Assembly (NCBI GenBank): GCA_043228905.1
Contig: JBHGNT010000011.1
Location: forward strand, 1,054,001-1,118,000
DNA: 64,000 bases
Source: Azolla caroliniana
Lineage: Eukaryota; Plantae; Polypodiophyta
Direction: 5' to 3'
Shown: positions 38,801-51,084 of the stretch, piece after piece
Layout: every line of letters starts with the position of its first letter
Position numbering within the stretch: position 1 is the first letter of the stretch
Notes under the pieces: generated by a model
The model's database searches: none
The model's input: the letters and a program-made list of their open reading frames with translations, nothing else
What the model was told of the DNA's origin: nothing
Made by a program: the position numbers and the translations under genes

Positions 38801-41723
38801 TGAAAAAATGTAAATTTAGCTAGAAGCTCAAAATACCGCAGTTGGTCTCTTAGACTTATATACATGTCATTGGAGACTAGTAAGTATTGTAAAACTGATC
38901 ATTTGGAACAGTGTAATTACATCATTAAATATAATAAACATTAGATTCAAATTTCATTTTGCATTCTTTGCTTACTCTCTTTCTCACTCCAAAATTCCTA
39001 CCACCATATATCAGCCTAATCATGATCTGACATCAACTTCTTTTCATACATAAAATGAAAATTCAATTGACATTTGGTCTCCATTGCTTTCTCATTCCAA
39101 TTTTAATGCTCAATCCCTTCAATATTGATATGACGAGTGTAATCAGATATTTTTAGCCTACTTGCAAGTTGTCAGATCAGTATTACTGCCTAAAACATTA
39201 TCTGGCTCCCATAAAATTCGCAAGTAATGGTAGCTTTCTTATTTCTTGGACAATTCCGGCTCAAGGAATCTTAGGCGTATCATAAATCAAGAATTTCCAT
39301 AAAATGGAATGGCTATTTTTCCGCATCCAAAAAAAAAACGTCATTTCTTTGTACTTATTCTTGGGAACTTATCTTTTCATCTTTCTTGTTTTGTACTGTC
39401 TATTTTCTCTGTGGTTCATTTGAAATTTTGGTTTCAGGGATAATTGCTACAACAATTTGTCGTTACAAATCCTCTGGCAACAGGACTTGCAAGGGGCAAA
39501 GAGTATGATCTTCTACAGGAATGAGATTGAGCTCCTTACAGAGCTTATATGTTCAGATCATTATACACAGACATCTATGACTTTCCTTCATCTTCCTCAT
39601 ACAAAGATATGTCTCAAACATGGTGGTTATAGGATACCACCCATGAGCATATGGATAAGTATGCCATTTAGATATTTGTGTGTTTTCTGAGCTTTGATGC
39701 TTTATTTTTAAGTTGATCACCAAATAGACTGAACAAGTTCAAGTAATTGAAATGTAATGTGTTTAATAATTCCCTTTCCTTACTTGTGAATATATTTTTA
39801 TATACACTCATCTATTAAAAGAAGGACTTTGTGAGTATAATTTCTACCTGGTGCTCAAAGAAAGGGTAATCCAAGTATGCATCAAATCGTCTAGCAAAAG
39901 GGGTGTCGATCGGCAACCAAGTTACTGAATAGGTAAAATCCAACAATTTTCCAGGAACCAACCGTAAAGGACTGTCTTGGGTAAGATTGACTTGAATGAT
40001 CTGATTTGATGCAACCAATTTACAAACTATATATATGCCTGTTAACAAAAATCTCTTAATGATTTAAAATGCCAGACCAAATACCTGGTTATTGTTGTAT
40101 TTGATGACAAAATTCTTATGAGTATAAAGAAGGTGCTTTGAATCATCATTCTTTTCAGGATGATATTCCCCAACAAAACCTGTAGAGTTCAGTTTGCAGC
40201 CATAAGTATCATAATAAAATTAATCAGAAGCAAAATGTAGACATATAATTGACATATGAAATGTACTTACCCCACAGAGGTAGATCATCTACAATAACAG
40301 TCACCATCACAAGGTACCATTTGCCGAGGTAAATAAATAACACAATGAATACTTTGGAAACAAAGAAGAAAGATATTTGAAAGAGTGGAGGTTCTTTGAT
40401 TTAATACCCATGAAAAACTCAAACCAGTATGTGTTTTCAATGGCATCTTTAAACTCTTGTACTTTTCCAACATCCAGGTCAAGCTTACATATGATGCTCC
40501 TCTCAACATTTTCTGCAGTCGAAATACATTATATACAATCTGAAGCATTTACTGGAGTAGCAAAAGGAAAATGTACTAAATGACCTTACGTTTAAATTTG
40601 ATATCAATTTGACTGTCAATCAGCTCGTTTCCTTCCAATACCTCACCAAGTCCACCCCACTTATGAATAGGATTCTCAGAGCCTCGTAAACAGAAGGGTA
40701 AGCTATAGTAGTTGTAGGTCTCTTGAGGATTGTAGTATGGACCAACCTTGTTCACCCACAACGTAACACGTTCATTGTCTGCATACTGGAAAATGAGGCT
40801 AACGTATTATATATGACAAAGGTCTAGAGTAGAATTCATACGACGAAATCCAATCAATGATATACAAGACTAACTCATAACATCTTTAGAAAACAGCTAT
40901 AGCTATCGACACCGACCTTTTAAGCATTAAATTGTGGCATTCCTTTTTATGACCAGGACATGGCATTAAGATAACACACAATTAATACAATGATCTATGC
41001 GTGGAGTTAGGCTATTTTGTGCTGTAGATCAATTTGCTCAAAACAATCTTATACATCTATCGAGCTGTGTTTACATTACAATAGTATTGGTCGAGAAACC
41101 TACAATAGTATTAGTCCTGGAAAACGTTTTCTACATTATGAGAGTATTAATGGAGAATTTGTGCAAAAAAATCGTAAACTTCTGTCATTGTGTCTATGTT
41201 ACTAACAAATATATGGCACTCTTCTAAATCCTGCTCAAAACAGCTTACATTACTGGAAAACTGTAATTTTACAACAGTAGCAACAGAGTAATTCTTTTGG
41301 ATGAATCTTAATCTGTCATACCATTTCTTAATGCTCAATAGATCTTATAGTTCTGAGAACTTCTGACAGAACCCGTCTACATTAAGAGTGTGCTAACACG
41401 GGAGTTTGCAGTATCTCCTAGGGCGTGAAGAGAGCAGTGACCAGATCTCGATGAATAGATGCTAAAATATACGTTCTCGATTGGGCAGAGAAGCTGGATT
41501 AGAATCAAACGAAATTAAGAAGAGAGAGAGAAACAGATTACTCGATGACTGTATTCTCCGGCAGAATCAAAATAGAAGAGAAATGGAATAAGCAATGAGA
41601 GAGAGAGAGAGAGATGGATGGAGGTATTACCTTATGATCGTATTCTCCAGCAGAAGCGACATAGAAGAGAAATGGAAGAAACCAAAGGGAGGAGAAGGGA
41701 ATTAATTTCGAAGGAGGGAGCAT
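35853..41723 (-). CDS. TMN1: Transmembrane 9 superfamily / endomembrane protein 70 (TMN1/EMP12-type), 13 exons
   Basis: Exons 41723-41631, 40785-40590, 40512-40408, 40288-40271, 40179-40085, 40000-39848, 38785-38651, 38571-38405, 37027-36933, 36853-36723, 36645-36403, 36302-36029, 35920-35853. Motifs [59 protein letters not shown], and C-terminal IYRNIKCD (KxD/E Golgi retention). Confidence 0.97.
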
Positions 41724-41933
41724 GGCGATCTCTCTCGCCTTCTTTCTTCTTTCTTCTTCTCTTCTGCTACGTCTTCTTCGATCACTTACTTCTTCTTCTT
41801 CTTCTGATTCCTACTCCTGCTCTTCTTCTCAGACAGAGACAGAGAAACAGAGAGGTCTCTAAAGAGAGAAGAGAAGCCCCACTAAGCTTTACCACTACAT
41901 ACTAGTGACATAAACAAGAACAAAAAGAACACA

Positions 41934-41938
<5 letters not shown>

Positions 41939-41982
<44 letters not shown>

Positions 41983-41987
41983 AGAGA
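41939..41987. repeat. (GA)n microsatellite upstream of TMN1, abutting the LINE 3' tail
   Basis: Direct reading of the sequence. Confidence 0.95.
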
Positions 41988-44123
41988 TTGTATTGTATTG
42001 TATATTATGTGTCTTAGGAGGTCATATATGTCTATGACCCAGGATACCAAGAATATTAGATTTCACATGATACATGTGAAAGCGAGTAGCGACTCTCCGA
42101 GTAGTGCATATATTGTGGGTTGTGAGAGAAATTCGTGTTAAGGATTGGATTGGGCTTTGGTCGAAGATGTGTTGAAAAAGCATGGCGGAATATAATCAGA
42201 GGCAGGGAGAGAGAGAGCATTCGTATGTCAATGTGTGATTGATACCCAAACTCTCGAAGTTTGTTTAGGGCAAAGTATGCATGTGAGCTAAGTCTCATGG
42301 AAGCAATGGTTAAAATTGCAAACAACGGAATGGGCTCTAACATGTATTGATGTCTATCGTTTCCCTGTTCTATGAAGAATATGGTTTTGTAGTTAGGTGC
42401 AACATGTGTATGAAGCATGAGCCTCCACATTTGTCTCATGCCATGATAAATTGGTGTTGCAAAAAGGCCTCGTTCACAAAGGAATCTAGTGATGCATCAT
42501 GACGCAAGTATATTGCATCCCATCTACCAAACCATTTTTACATATCTTGCATCCAACAAAAATGCAAAGTTTTGCTTTTATGTATCTTTGGCATCTTTTT
42601 GTTTGCTTCCCATGCAATTCTAAGAAGTCAATGTGAGAGACTTTTTTGAACCTTGAGCATGAATTCTACGATCATTTCCATGGCCATGATCTCAATGGGA
42701 AGTGATCTCGTCTCAAGGAGGAGGGCATAACATTTGTTTCATAACTTGTAGAAACTTTGTAAGAAAATGTTTTTGGACACTTCCAAAGTCTTTCCAAGTA
42801 GATTTAGTGATGCTACCACCCCACAGAGAAGCACCAATCTCACCAAAGTGTCGAAAATATATTTCTTAAGGACCTAACACTTAATATCTCCATGATTGCA
42901 TGTGTTCTCAAATGCATAATATGCTCTCTTTCCCACCTCTAAATGGCATGTAGCACATTCCCTCCATCTATGATTTGAAGGAACTTCAAGGCAAAGATAT
43001 TTAAAGCTTTCCACACATTCAAGTGGCTCATTATTGTACATAATGCATGATTTATCTTTTTTTTAGCTCTTCACAAGCGTAATCTTTGTTTTAAAGCTGT
43101 TGACACTAAAATTAGTATGCATGCAAAAAAATTCCAATGCCTTCATAAGTTTTTCTGCATCTCCTAAAGTATTTGCAAAAAACATTACATCATTTGCATA
43201 TAACAAAAGCATAATGACTACATTTCCAATGACAACTTCTTCGATGCCTTCTTCCTTTACAAACTTGGCAACCATTTCTTCCAATTCATTAATACATTAA
43301 CCAAATAGAGTTAGTGAGAGTGGGCATCCTTGCTTAACACCAATTGTGCTATTGAAAAATCTAAAAGTCTATCACTCATACACACAGAATATATAACCTT
43401 CTCATAGATTTGTGAAATTGCAAGCATATATTCACTCGACACCTCGAGTTCTTCCATTCGCCTCTAAAGATGCTCATGAGGTACCATATCAAAAGCTTTC
43501 TTGAAGTCTACGAAGCAACAATATAAACATTTACCTCTTAGGCAACCTTCCTCCATTAATATTTGAAGGGTGAGAAGGTTATGATTAGTGTTATGGTGTT
43601 TTCCAAAACCAGCTTGTCCATAAGATCTCTTGCCATTTTTTTCATCCCATGCACTTATCTTTGATTCCGTTATACATCCAAAAAGTGTTGCCATTAGTGA
43701 GCCAACCATGATGGTTCGATAGTTGTTTACATTATTTACATCTCCGCCTTTATGTAAAGATTTGATCCAATTTGTAGTCCAATTGTACCGCATAGCATGT
43801 TGCAATACATGATTAATCATATAACTTATCCATGCGTGTGTTTGCTTTCGCGTCCATTTGAGCATTTCAACCTTTATACATTGAAGATTGCTTGCCTTTC
43901 GAGAGGCCAATTTCTTAAGCCTTATGCATATATCTTCAATTCTAAAGAAGGGACACATATGTCAAAGAGAACCATAACATATCATCTTTCTGTCAAGCAT
44001 TAGCTCATATAATTTTTAAAATCAATGGACTTCTCACAATCACACTTATGCATACATTTGAGGTCAATACAATATTATGATCAAATTTTGGTGTCCATTC
44101 ACTAGTTGAGAATTTATGTATAT

Positions 44124-44507
44124 TGTAAAGAATCGGGTATGATTCTTGTGTATCGGAATAGGTGTGAATTGTGTGTGTATATGAGAGAGAGTGAGAGAGA
44201 CAAGGAATAATACACAGAGAAATACGCAAGGTAAAAGTATATTAACAAAGGAGAAAGACTCAACTAAATACAAGGTGGGAGGAGGGTGCTTTATATAGTC
44301 ACCCTCTCTCTTCATTAACAACAAGGCTCATGGAGCATGGGGAATGTGAAAGCTCATAAGTTATGTGTCATAGAATATGATTCTATGACTCATACTAAAT
44401 GCTAGAATACAAAGAGGTTACTTAATGGTGACTCTTGACCGTTGGAGTGTCTATTCACTCTCAAGGTGAGTTCACACACTAGACCAAGTTGAGCTTGATT
44501 CTCAACA
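44124..44507. mobile_element. Solo LTR (384 bp) with 5-bp TSD TATAT
   Basis: TGTAAAGAATC...GATTCTCAACA with inverted termini. TATAT at 44119-44123 and 44508-44512. Removal restores the LINE APE sequence. Confidence 0.9.
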
Positions 44508-44786
44508 TATATAATCCAAAATACCTTCGTAAAGTAGCACATAGTCAGTCACATTACTCCCATTGTGTTTTCTACATGTAAAACCGTTAGTGTTAGGCCA
44601 TAATGACACACCATTTGCAATAAGCAATATAGTTCAATTGCACATTTGTCAGAGTAGCTTCCCAAATTGGTTCAGATCTTTTTCATCACTAGAAGAGTGG
44701 CTATACATTTGTATATCCTCTTACATCCTCGAGATATGTGGTATAAAAGATTATTGTGCATCAAGTTGGAAAATTCTTACATACGG

Positions 44787-46538
44787 TGTCGTGATGTGGC
44801 GTGCTCGAGAGTGGGAAAAACCGGCGAAAGGGGGGGGGGGGGTCAAAATGTGCATGTGCAATGTGTGTGCACACAAAGGCGATTAATTGTGCACATGAAA
44901 AAGAAAAGGGAAAGGAAAGGGTGGAAAGGATACATGGAAGCTCGTCTAAAAAGTAAGAGAGAGGAGAGATAAAAGGTAGAGGGGAGACAAGCTATGAATT
45001 TATAGAGATAGAATCATATATTATATAAGAGAGAGTTAATGGGCTAGTGGATTAGAGGTGCAAGGTTCAAATCTAATCTTATAGTGTAGTGTGATTTAAG
45101 GAATTTTATTCCTTTTTTGCATTAAAGACCAAATTGGCGACCCCCCTTCCCTTTTTTCTATGAAAGGAGGTCGAGGGGGGCTCATTTAGGAGGACGTTTT
45201 GAGAGGAGGAGACTATCGCCAATTTTCCTTCAGAGCTCTTCATCTTCTTATTCACCACTTCTCTTCATCTTATACCCCTTCATCCCCCCCATCGCCACAT
45301 GCTCGTCTTCATCGCGTCGGCACTTGTAGTGCTCGTGAGCCCAAGCTTCATTGGTTCGACATTGCTCCGCCTCATTTATCATTGCGAGCCCGTGTGCTCG
45401 CCGTTCAGGTGGTCATGGTTCGTTGGGATTGGCATTTTGGTGGTGCTCGTGTATTCATCTTCGCCGTGTTCGGATTTGCTCTTGTCTCTAAGGGCATTTA
45501 GTATTTATGTTTTGATTAAGCTTGTGGTTAAGTATAAGTTGCCATTGTAATCAAACCCTATTTTATAAAGGGTCCTCTTGCGTTGGAATCGAACATATAT
45601 TTATTTCTTTGGCCGATGTCATTCGTGTTTCTTTCTTTCCTTCTTTCTTTGTTCGTGTCTTCCTTGTACGTTCGGTCGTCTTGTGACGAGGGAGCGTTTC
45701 AGGCATGCCCATGCACCTCTCCTCCACATAAAGACGTACGAGCATTTGTGCATGTGTTTGTGTCTTCCTTGTACGTTCGGCCGTCTTGTGACGAGGGAGC
45801 GTTTCGGGCTTGCCCATGCACCTCTCCTCCACATAAAGACGTACGAGCATTTGTGCGTGTGTTTGTGTCTTCCTTGTACATTCGGCCATCTTGTGACGAG
45901 GGACCATTTCGGCTTGCCCATGCACCTCTCCTCCTCATAAAGACGTACGAGCATTTTGTGTGTGTGTTTGTGTCTTCCTTGTACGTTCGGCCGTCTTTTG
46001 ACGAGGAAGTGTTTCGGGCGTGCCCATGCACCTCTCCTCCTCATAAAGACGTACAATCATTTGTGCGTGTGTTTGTGACTTGTATGTTCAGTCGTCTTGT
46101 GACGAGGGAGCGTTCGTGCTTGCCCATGCACCTCTCCTCCTCATAAAGGCGTATGAGCATTTGTGCGTGTGTTTTGTGTCTCCCTCGTACATTTGACGTC
46201 TTGTGACGAGGGAGTGTTCAGCCGTGCCCATGCACCTCTCCTCCTCATAAAGACGTATAGGCATTCGTGTTTGTGTTATCGTCCCCTTGTGCATTCATCT
46301 TGCTTGTACCAGTTTGACCACTTGGCTTGTGCGGTGATCTCGAAAGGTCGACGAGTCGTGATCAACGAGAGCCACCGGCCTCACAAAACAAAGGGCAATG
46401 AGCCCTTGCTCGGGAAGGGGTCGGGAAGTAGTATTGTTGCAAAGCAAACCTCGGGTCTTCTCTATCCCTTGAGTACTCCCTAGTCCAAGACCCCCATGGT
46501 CCTGCCCAAGTAACACACGTGCGCAAAACTTCGCGACA
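44787..46538 (+). mobile_element. Long solo LTR (1752 bp) with 4-bp TSD ACGG and internal 105-bp array
   Basis: Termini TGTCGTGA...TCGCGACA. ACGG at 44783-44786 and 46539-46542. Removal restores the LINE GxMNAR region. Confidence 0.85.
45655..46275. repeat. 105-bp tandem repeat x~6 within the LTR
   Basis: gtgtcttccttgtac.ttcgg... units start at 45655, 45760, 45865, 45970, ~46075 and ~46175. Confidence 0.93.
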
Positions 46539-47188
46539 ACGGGCATTCATGTTACCAAAGGCAATAACTTCCCCTTTGGATTCAAAATAAGCAATATCAT
46601 CTTCTAGATTGGCAAAAGGTTGATCTTTATCCAAATAGCATAAAAGTTAGAATCTGGATGAGGATTGTAACATCTAACTACAAAAGTGGGCAAGTCATTA
46701 GGTGTTTCTATTTTGAGCCATATGTAGCAGTTATGTTCATTTTTTATGATCGACACATATTTCTCTATTTCCTTCTTAATCAAACATGCCACCCCTCCTT
46801 GTCCTCTTCATTGTCTTGGATTTTTCGCCCATATCAAAGAGTGTACATTATAATTTCCTAAACCTTGAATTATTTGGGTATCATGCTCCCATGTTTCAAC
46901 AAGATGTGTGATATACAAGTCATTGATGAACTTCTCTATGCCAAATCCCACATTCCATGGGTATTCATTCGAATTCCAAAAGCATAGTCATAAAAGATGT
47001 GGATTAGTCTCATAGGGCAAGTATTCTTGTTTGCCTATGTTGAGTGAACAAGCTCAACATGGGCCAATTTGGCTGAATAAGCCGAGAGCCGAATTGGATG
47101 TGGGTTGATCGATTGGCCGAGTCTGATGGAATCCGAGAGGCCATTAGAGGCCTATATTTCTATCTTAGTAAATAGGAATATTATATGT

Positions 47189-48101
47189 TGTCGTAAAGAT
47201 TGTGGTTGTGTGTCACAACCATCGGGGTTCTGTGACTCGAGGATAATCGTGCGGATGGTGTGATGACAATAAGACGAGAAGACAAGATAGATGTGACGTT
47301 GGCACAAAAATAATTTTATTTGTAAAATTCCACTTGCAATATTTGTTTGGCAAAATGTTATTTGGCAAGACTCGAACTTAGCTCCTCTCCACTCTTGGAA
47401 GTATTAAACTTTCTTTTTCTTTATATTTACTATTTTTACTTTACAAAACTTGTTTACCAAAAGAAGTTGTTTTGGGATGACTCAAAATCACAACCTCTAT
47501 TTGCAAAGAGGTGTTTGAGATAGATCACATTAACTTCTTCGTTTTGTTGATTTCTTTGTCTTTTCTTTAAAAAATGTCTTGGTTTATGCATGCCACTATC
47601 TTCTTGGGCGAGCTTTGCATCCCGCGCCCACGTGAGCTTCTTCACTCACTTTCTCCCTTCTCCTCTTCTTCTTCTCCCCCCCTCTTCTTTCCCCCTTTAT
47701 TAGCCACCATGGGAGTGACTTTTATAGGGGGTCAACCACCCAACCACCCTCTTGAGGCGGTTGACAAACCGCCTCATGCAAGGGCAGTTATTTCTTTATT
47801 TTATTTTATTTATATATTTTTTATTTTATTATTTATAAATTCTACAAATTCTATTTTGTAATTGTACATTTGAGAAATTACAAAATCTTCCTTATTTAAT
47901 TTCGAATCCCCCTTTTGATATAATTACATTTGTATCCCGAGTAGCATTGATTCTTCCGAAGGTTGTATCTTGGGCTTCCGAACTCTGATTCATGAACTAA
48001 AAAATCGTACAAGCTCCTCATCACAAGATCTAGATGGTATATGTATGTCTATATAGATTTTTAACATTGTTTTGACATCGGGAGGCCTCAACTTCACGAC
48101 A
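47189..48101 (-). mobile_element. Solo LTR (913 bp) with imperfect 4-bp TSD ATGT/ACGT
   Basis: Termini TGTCGTAAAG...CTTCACGACA (9/10 inverted match). Flanks are ATGT (47185-47188) and ACGT (48102-48105). Minus-strand TATAAA near 47720. Confidence 0.7.
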
Positions 48102-48344
48102 ACGTTGTTAGTGTCAGGCTTAGTTAATGAGTATTCAAGTACCTGCCAGTAGTTGTGTCAACCCACTCGTCAGGTCTTGTATAAAAAGTGCTTTGTGAGC
48201 ACATTGTATGTACAAAACACCGAGTTTTTGTTGTTTGTGTACTCAGTCAGTCTCTCTCTCTTTCTTTGTGTTTACCTTACTGTTGATCTTCCGGATAATT
48301 CACCCTATACTTCTATGTAATGCTTCCGCACATATTCTTTTTCA

Positions 48345-49300
48345 GCCTACATTTTTGTATTTAGGCACATCCTTAATATTATTTTTCAAATTTTCTTCAT
48401 ATGCTTTACTAGCAATGGGCACAGTTTGGTTTTGGTTCGGTTCGGTTTCAAGGCAAAGAAACCAAACCGAAACCAAACTGTTTATTTAAAACAAAACCAA
48501 ACCAAACTATTTATGAACTCTCAATATTTAAACCAAACCATTTAAGAAAAAGTTAAAACCAAACCATTTAGGGAAAAGTTGAAACCAAACCGAACCATTT
48601 AATAAAAAATTTAAACCTAACCACTTAAGTCAAACTAGTTAAACATCTAAAGAAACAAAAATACATTAAATTAAATAAGCATTTAAGTTAATTTTATTAA
48701 ATCAATAAAAAACCATTACATCAATAAACTATTAAGGTGAAAAAAAAAAGTTAACCAAAAACCTATAAACCTTTAAACAAACCTGTAAACCTATAAACTC
48801 GAGTTTTAGAACCGAAACCGAACCGTTTATCGAGAATTCAAACCAAATCAAACCATTAAATTTTTTGGAACCAATAACTGTTAAACCATGGCTTAACGGT
48901 TCGATTCGGTTTGAGCCAAAATCGTGCCCATTGTTATGCTTTACAACGGTCATTTTGTTGTGAGATAGTACGATCTTCACTCACAAAGCATTGCGTACAT
49001 TTGAGGTATACCCAATTATTATCGAGTATGATCCTTCGTTTTGTACCATCCATCATTGTGCATACAATATGCCTTTCTATAGAGTGAGGGACACCATGTT
49101 TCCCAATTCGGTGTGCCCCATACACATTCACATTTGACATACCATAATGTGTGCAAAAGAATTCATTGATGGCCTTTCCAAGGGATGCGGGTGTTTCCAT
49201 ACTCTCTCGTTTAATCCCATGGATGTTTGACACTATTTGTGTTTTGTTGGCGACTACGTGACACCGGTTGGTCGACTATTGACGACCGTTGCGGAAGCGG
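48345..49300 (-). mobile_element. LINE ORF1 remnant (RRM-like), probably ORF1 of LINE copy 2, interrupted by a hAT MITE
   Basis: GIKRESMET...INEFF...AHRIG...ERHIV...KRRIIL...YLK...FVSEDRT resembles the ORF1 RRM/CTD pattern of non-LTR elements. The frame continues after the MITE (AYEENLKNNIKDVPKYKNVG*). Same strand as, and upstream of, ORF2 at 47015. Confidence 0.65.
48410..48936. mobile_element. hAT-type MITE with 8-bp TSD TGCTTTAC
   Basis: TIRs TAGCAATGGGCAC / GTGCCCATTGTTA. TSD at 48402-48409 and 48937-48944. Many AACCG/AACCAA subterminal motifs. Confidence 0.9.
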
Positions 49301-49349
49301 AAATGGATCTCGTTGTTGTGAAGCACGCTAGTTTAGAGTAAGCGAGAGG

Positions 49350-49606
49350 TGTTGTGATCATTGTTCTGTTACAATATATGCATAGAGAAAGAATGTACAT
49401 ATTGAGAGAGAGAGGGAGGGAGGGAGGGAGGGAGGGAGAACTACACAGTTATAGGGCAAAAGGGAAGAAATTTACATTCATCTGTCTTGTACAAAGAGGA
49501 GTACCTCTTATTTATACATGATTGGGCTTAGCCCTAACTCTAAGGGGATTTCACACTTAGAAGTACAATGGTCGGGAGTAGGACTTTTAGTCCAACAAAC
49601 TCCCCC
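49350..49606 (-). mobile_element. Short 3' LTR with adjacent PPT
   Basis: Minus strand GGGGGAG (49600-49606), then TGTTGGAC at 49597, TATAAATA, CT-rich tract, ending ACAACA at 49350. Confidence 0.65.
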
Positions 49607-49799
49607 ATAAAAGCACTACTCTAATTGATACAAGAATTCAGGAGGAATCTCCCTCGTAAAAGTAAGTACTATCAATTAGGCTATGATCTTCGAATCGGGA
49701 ATAGTTGGAGAGTCGAGTTGGTTTCGGTCAACTTTGCTCTGTTAGCTCAATCGGCTTTGGGCCCTTCAACCCTTTGAGCTTCATAATAGAACCTTAGTG

Positions 49800-50390
49800 G
49801 GCATATTGGAATACATCAAACACCTGTTCTAACCTCTACGAAAAACAATTGGCCTAAATTACATCATGATGTGCAACATTATGGAATCAAATGTTTGCAG
49901 TGTTAAGTGAGCAGGGATGAATAACATAAAGTTACAAGTCTTCTACAACAACTAGATGTTTCTAATATTAATGGGAAAGTATCTCTATGGATTTCACTGT
50001 TAGATTGCCTCGAACAAAATGAAGTTATGACTTTATATGGGTAGTTGTTGATTGGCTAACAAAACTAGCTTGATTTATACCAACTAAAACCATAGTAATA
50101 GCCCTTGAGTTGGCTTATCAATTCACTAATGAGTTATTTTGATTTTACAAGCTATTGATGGATGAAGTTGTTGATACAAATTCTACATTTGGCAACGATT
50201 TTTGGTCTTGAAATTCTTTTAAAAGTTGGAAACCACTTTGGGCATGAATTCCTCATATTTCATCATACAAAATAATGAGTCATGACAAAATATGAGAGAA
50301 GAGTTTTGGTGGAAGATTTGTAAATTGTTTGTGGGATGTTGTTCCTCGCCCTTTAAGAATTTAGCTCACAAGTCGTGGAAATTCAATATT
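49800..50390 (+). mobile_element. Gypsy (chromovirus-like) integrase fragment
   Basis: HHDVQHYGIKCLQC, then [35 protein letters not shown]. Confidence 0.8.
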
Positions 50391-50397
50391 GTTCTAG

Positions 50398-50800
50398 CAA
50401 ACAAGGGTGTCATATTCTAAAACACGACACTTTCCGATAACCCAAGCCTATGTTTTGTGAACAAGGGTAACATTTTCCCCAGCACGTGATTGGTTAATAA
50501 CCAACCCGTTGTTTTGGTGAATAAGAGTACCCTTTTCTCGAACAAGATGCAGACCCAATGCATAAGAGCACTCGTTTCTCGACACGACACTAGCTGATAA
50601 CAAAGGCGATGTCTCAGTAAGAAGGGTACCCTTTTCCAAGCAATGCTCGAGATAGCTAGACTGGCTGGGATGTTTTGAGGCAATAAGGGTACCCCTGTCC
50701 AGGCACGACAATGGTCGAGATAAGTGAGCCAACTGATGTTACGATCAATAAGGGTTATCCTTTTTTCACGAGTACAACCACTGAGCCGATGTGTTAGCGA
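50398..50800. repeat. Degenerate ~60-bp array with palindromic core AAGGGTACCCTT (6-7 units)
   Basis: Cores at ~50401, 50461, 50521, 50562, 50620, 50683 and 50748. Confidence 0.65.
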
Positions 50801-50898
50801 GGGCGTGGGTGGGCGGTGCCCATTTACCGAGCAGGTGCAGTGATAGAGAGATGAGTATCTTTTTGGTTGGTTATGCCATTTACATACAGAAGTGTATC

Positions 50899-50968
50899 CA
50901 TACATACATACATACATACATACATCTGTATGTATGTATGTATGTATGTATGTATGTATGTATGTATG
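50899..50968. repeat. Inverted microsatellite (CATA)n-TC-(TGTA)n
   Basis: catacatacata...catctgtatgtatg...; self-complementary arms. Confidence 0.9.
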
Positions 50969-51040
50969 ATTGTACTTGGAGGGGCATTTTGGACCTTGAA
51001 TGCAAACCATATCCAGAAGAAGAGAAGTTGAGACACAGTC

Positions 51041-51084
<44 letters not shown>

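Larger units (their letters stand above)
41987..47015 (-). mobile_element. RTEX/RTE-group LINE copy 2, ORF2 (APE, RT, C-terminus), interrupted by two solo LTRs
   Basis: Colinear homology to 2229-4340. RT motifs NNYRTIMVG, QAGF, CCFVDFKKAFD, QGCPLS, LLLYANDV at 43063-43958. (CAATA)n tail runs into (CT)n on the minus strand. Confidence 0.88.

Noticed and set aside
45563-46294. Repeat-protein ORFs on both strands
   Set aside because: By-product of a 105-bp array inside a TSD-flanked solo LTR.
50398-50800. CRISPR-like repeat-spacer array
   Set aside because: Repeats are degenerate, spacers share homology, there are no cas genes, and the context is plant nuclear DNA.
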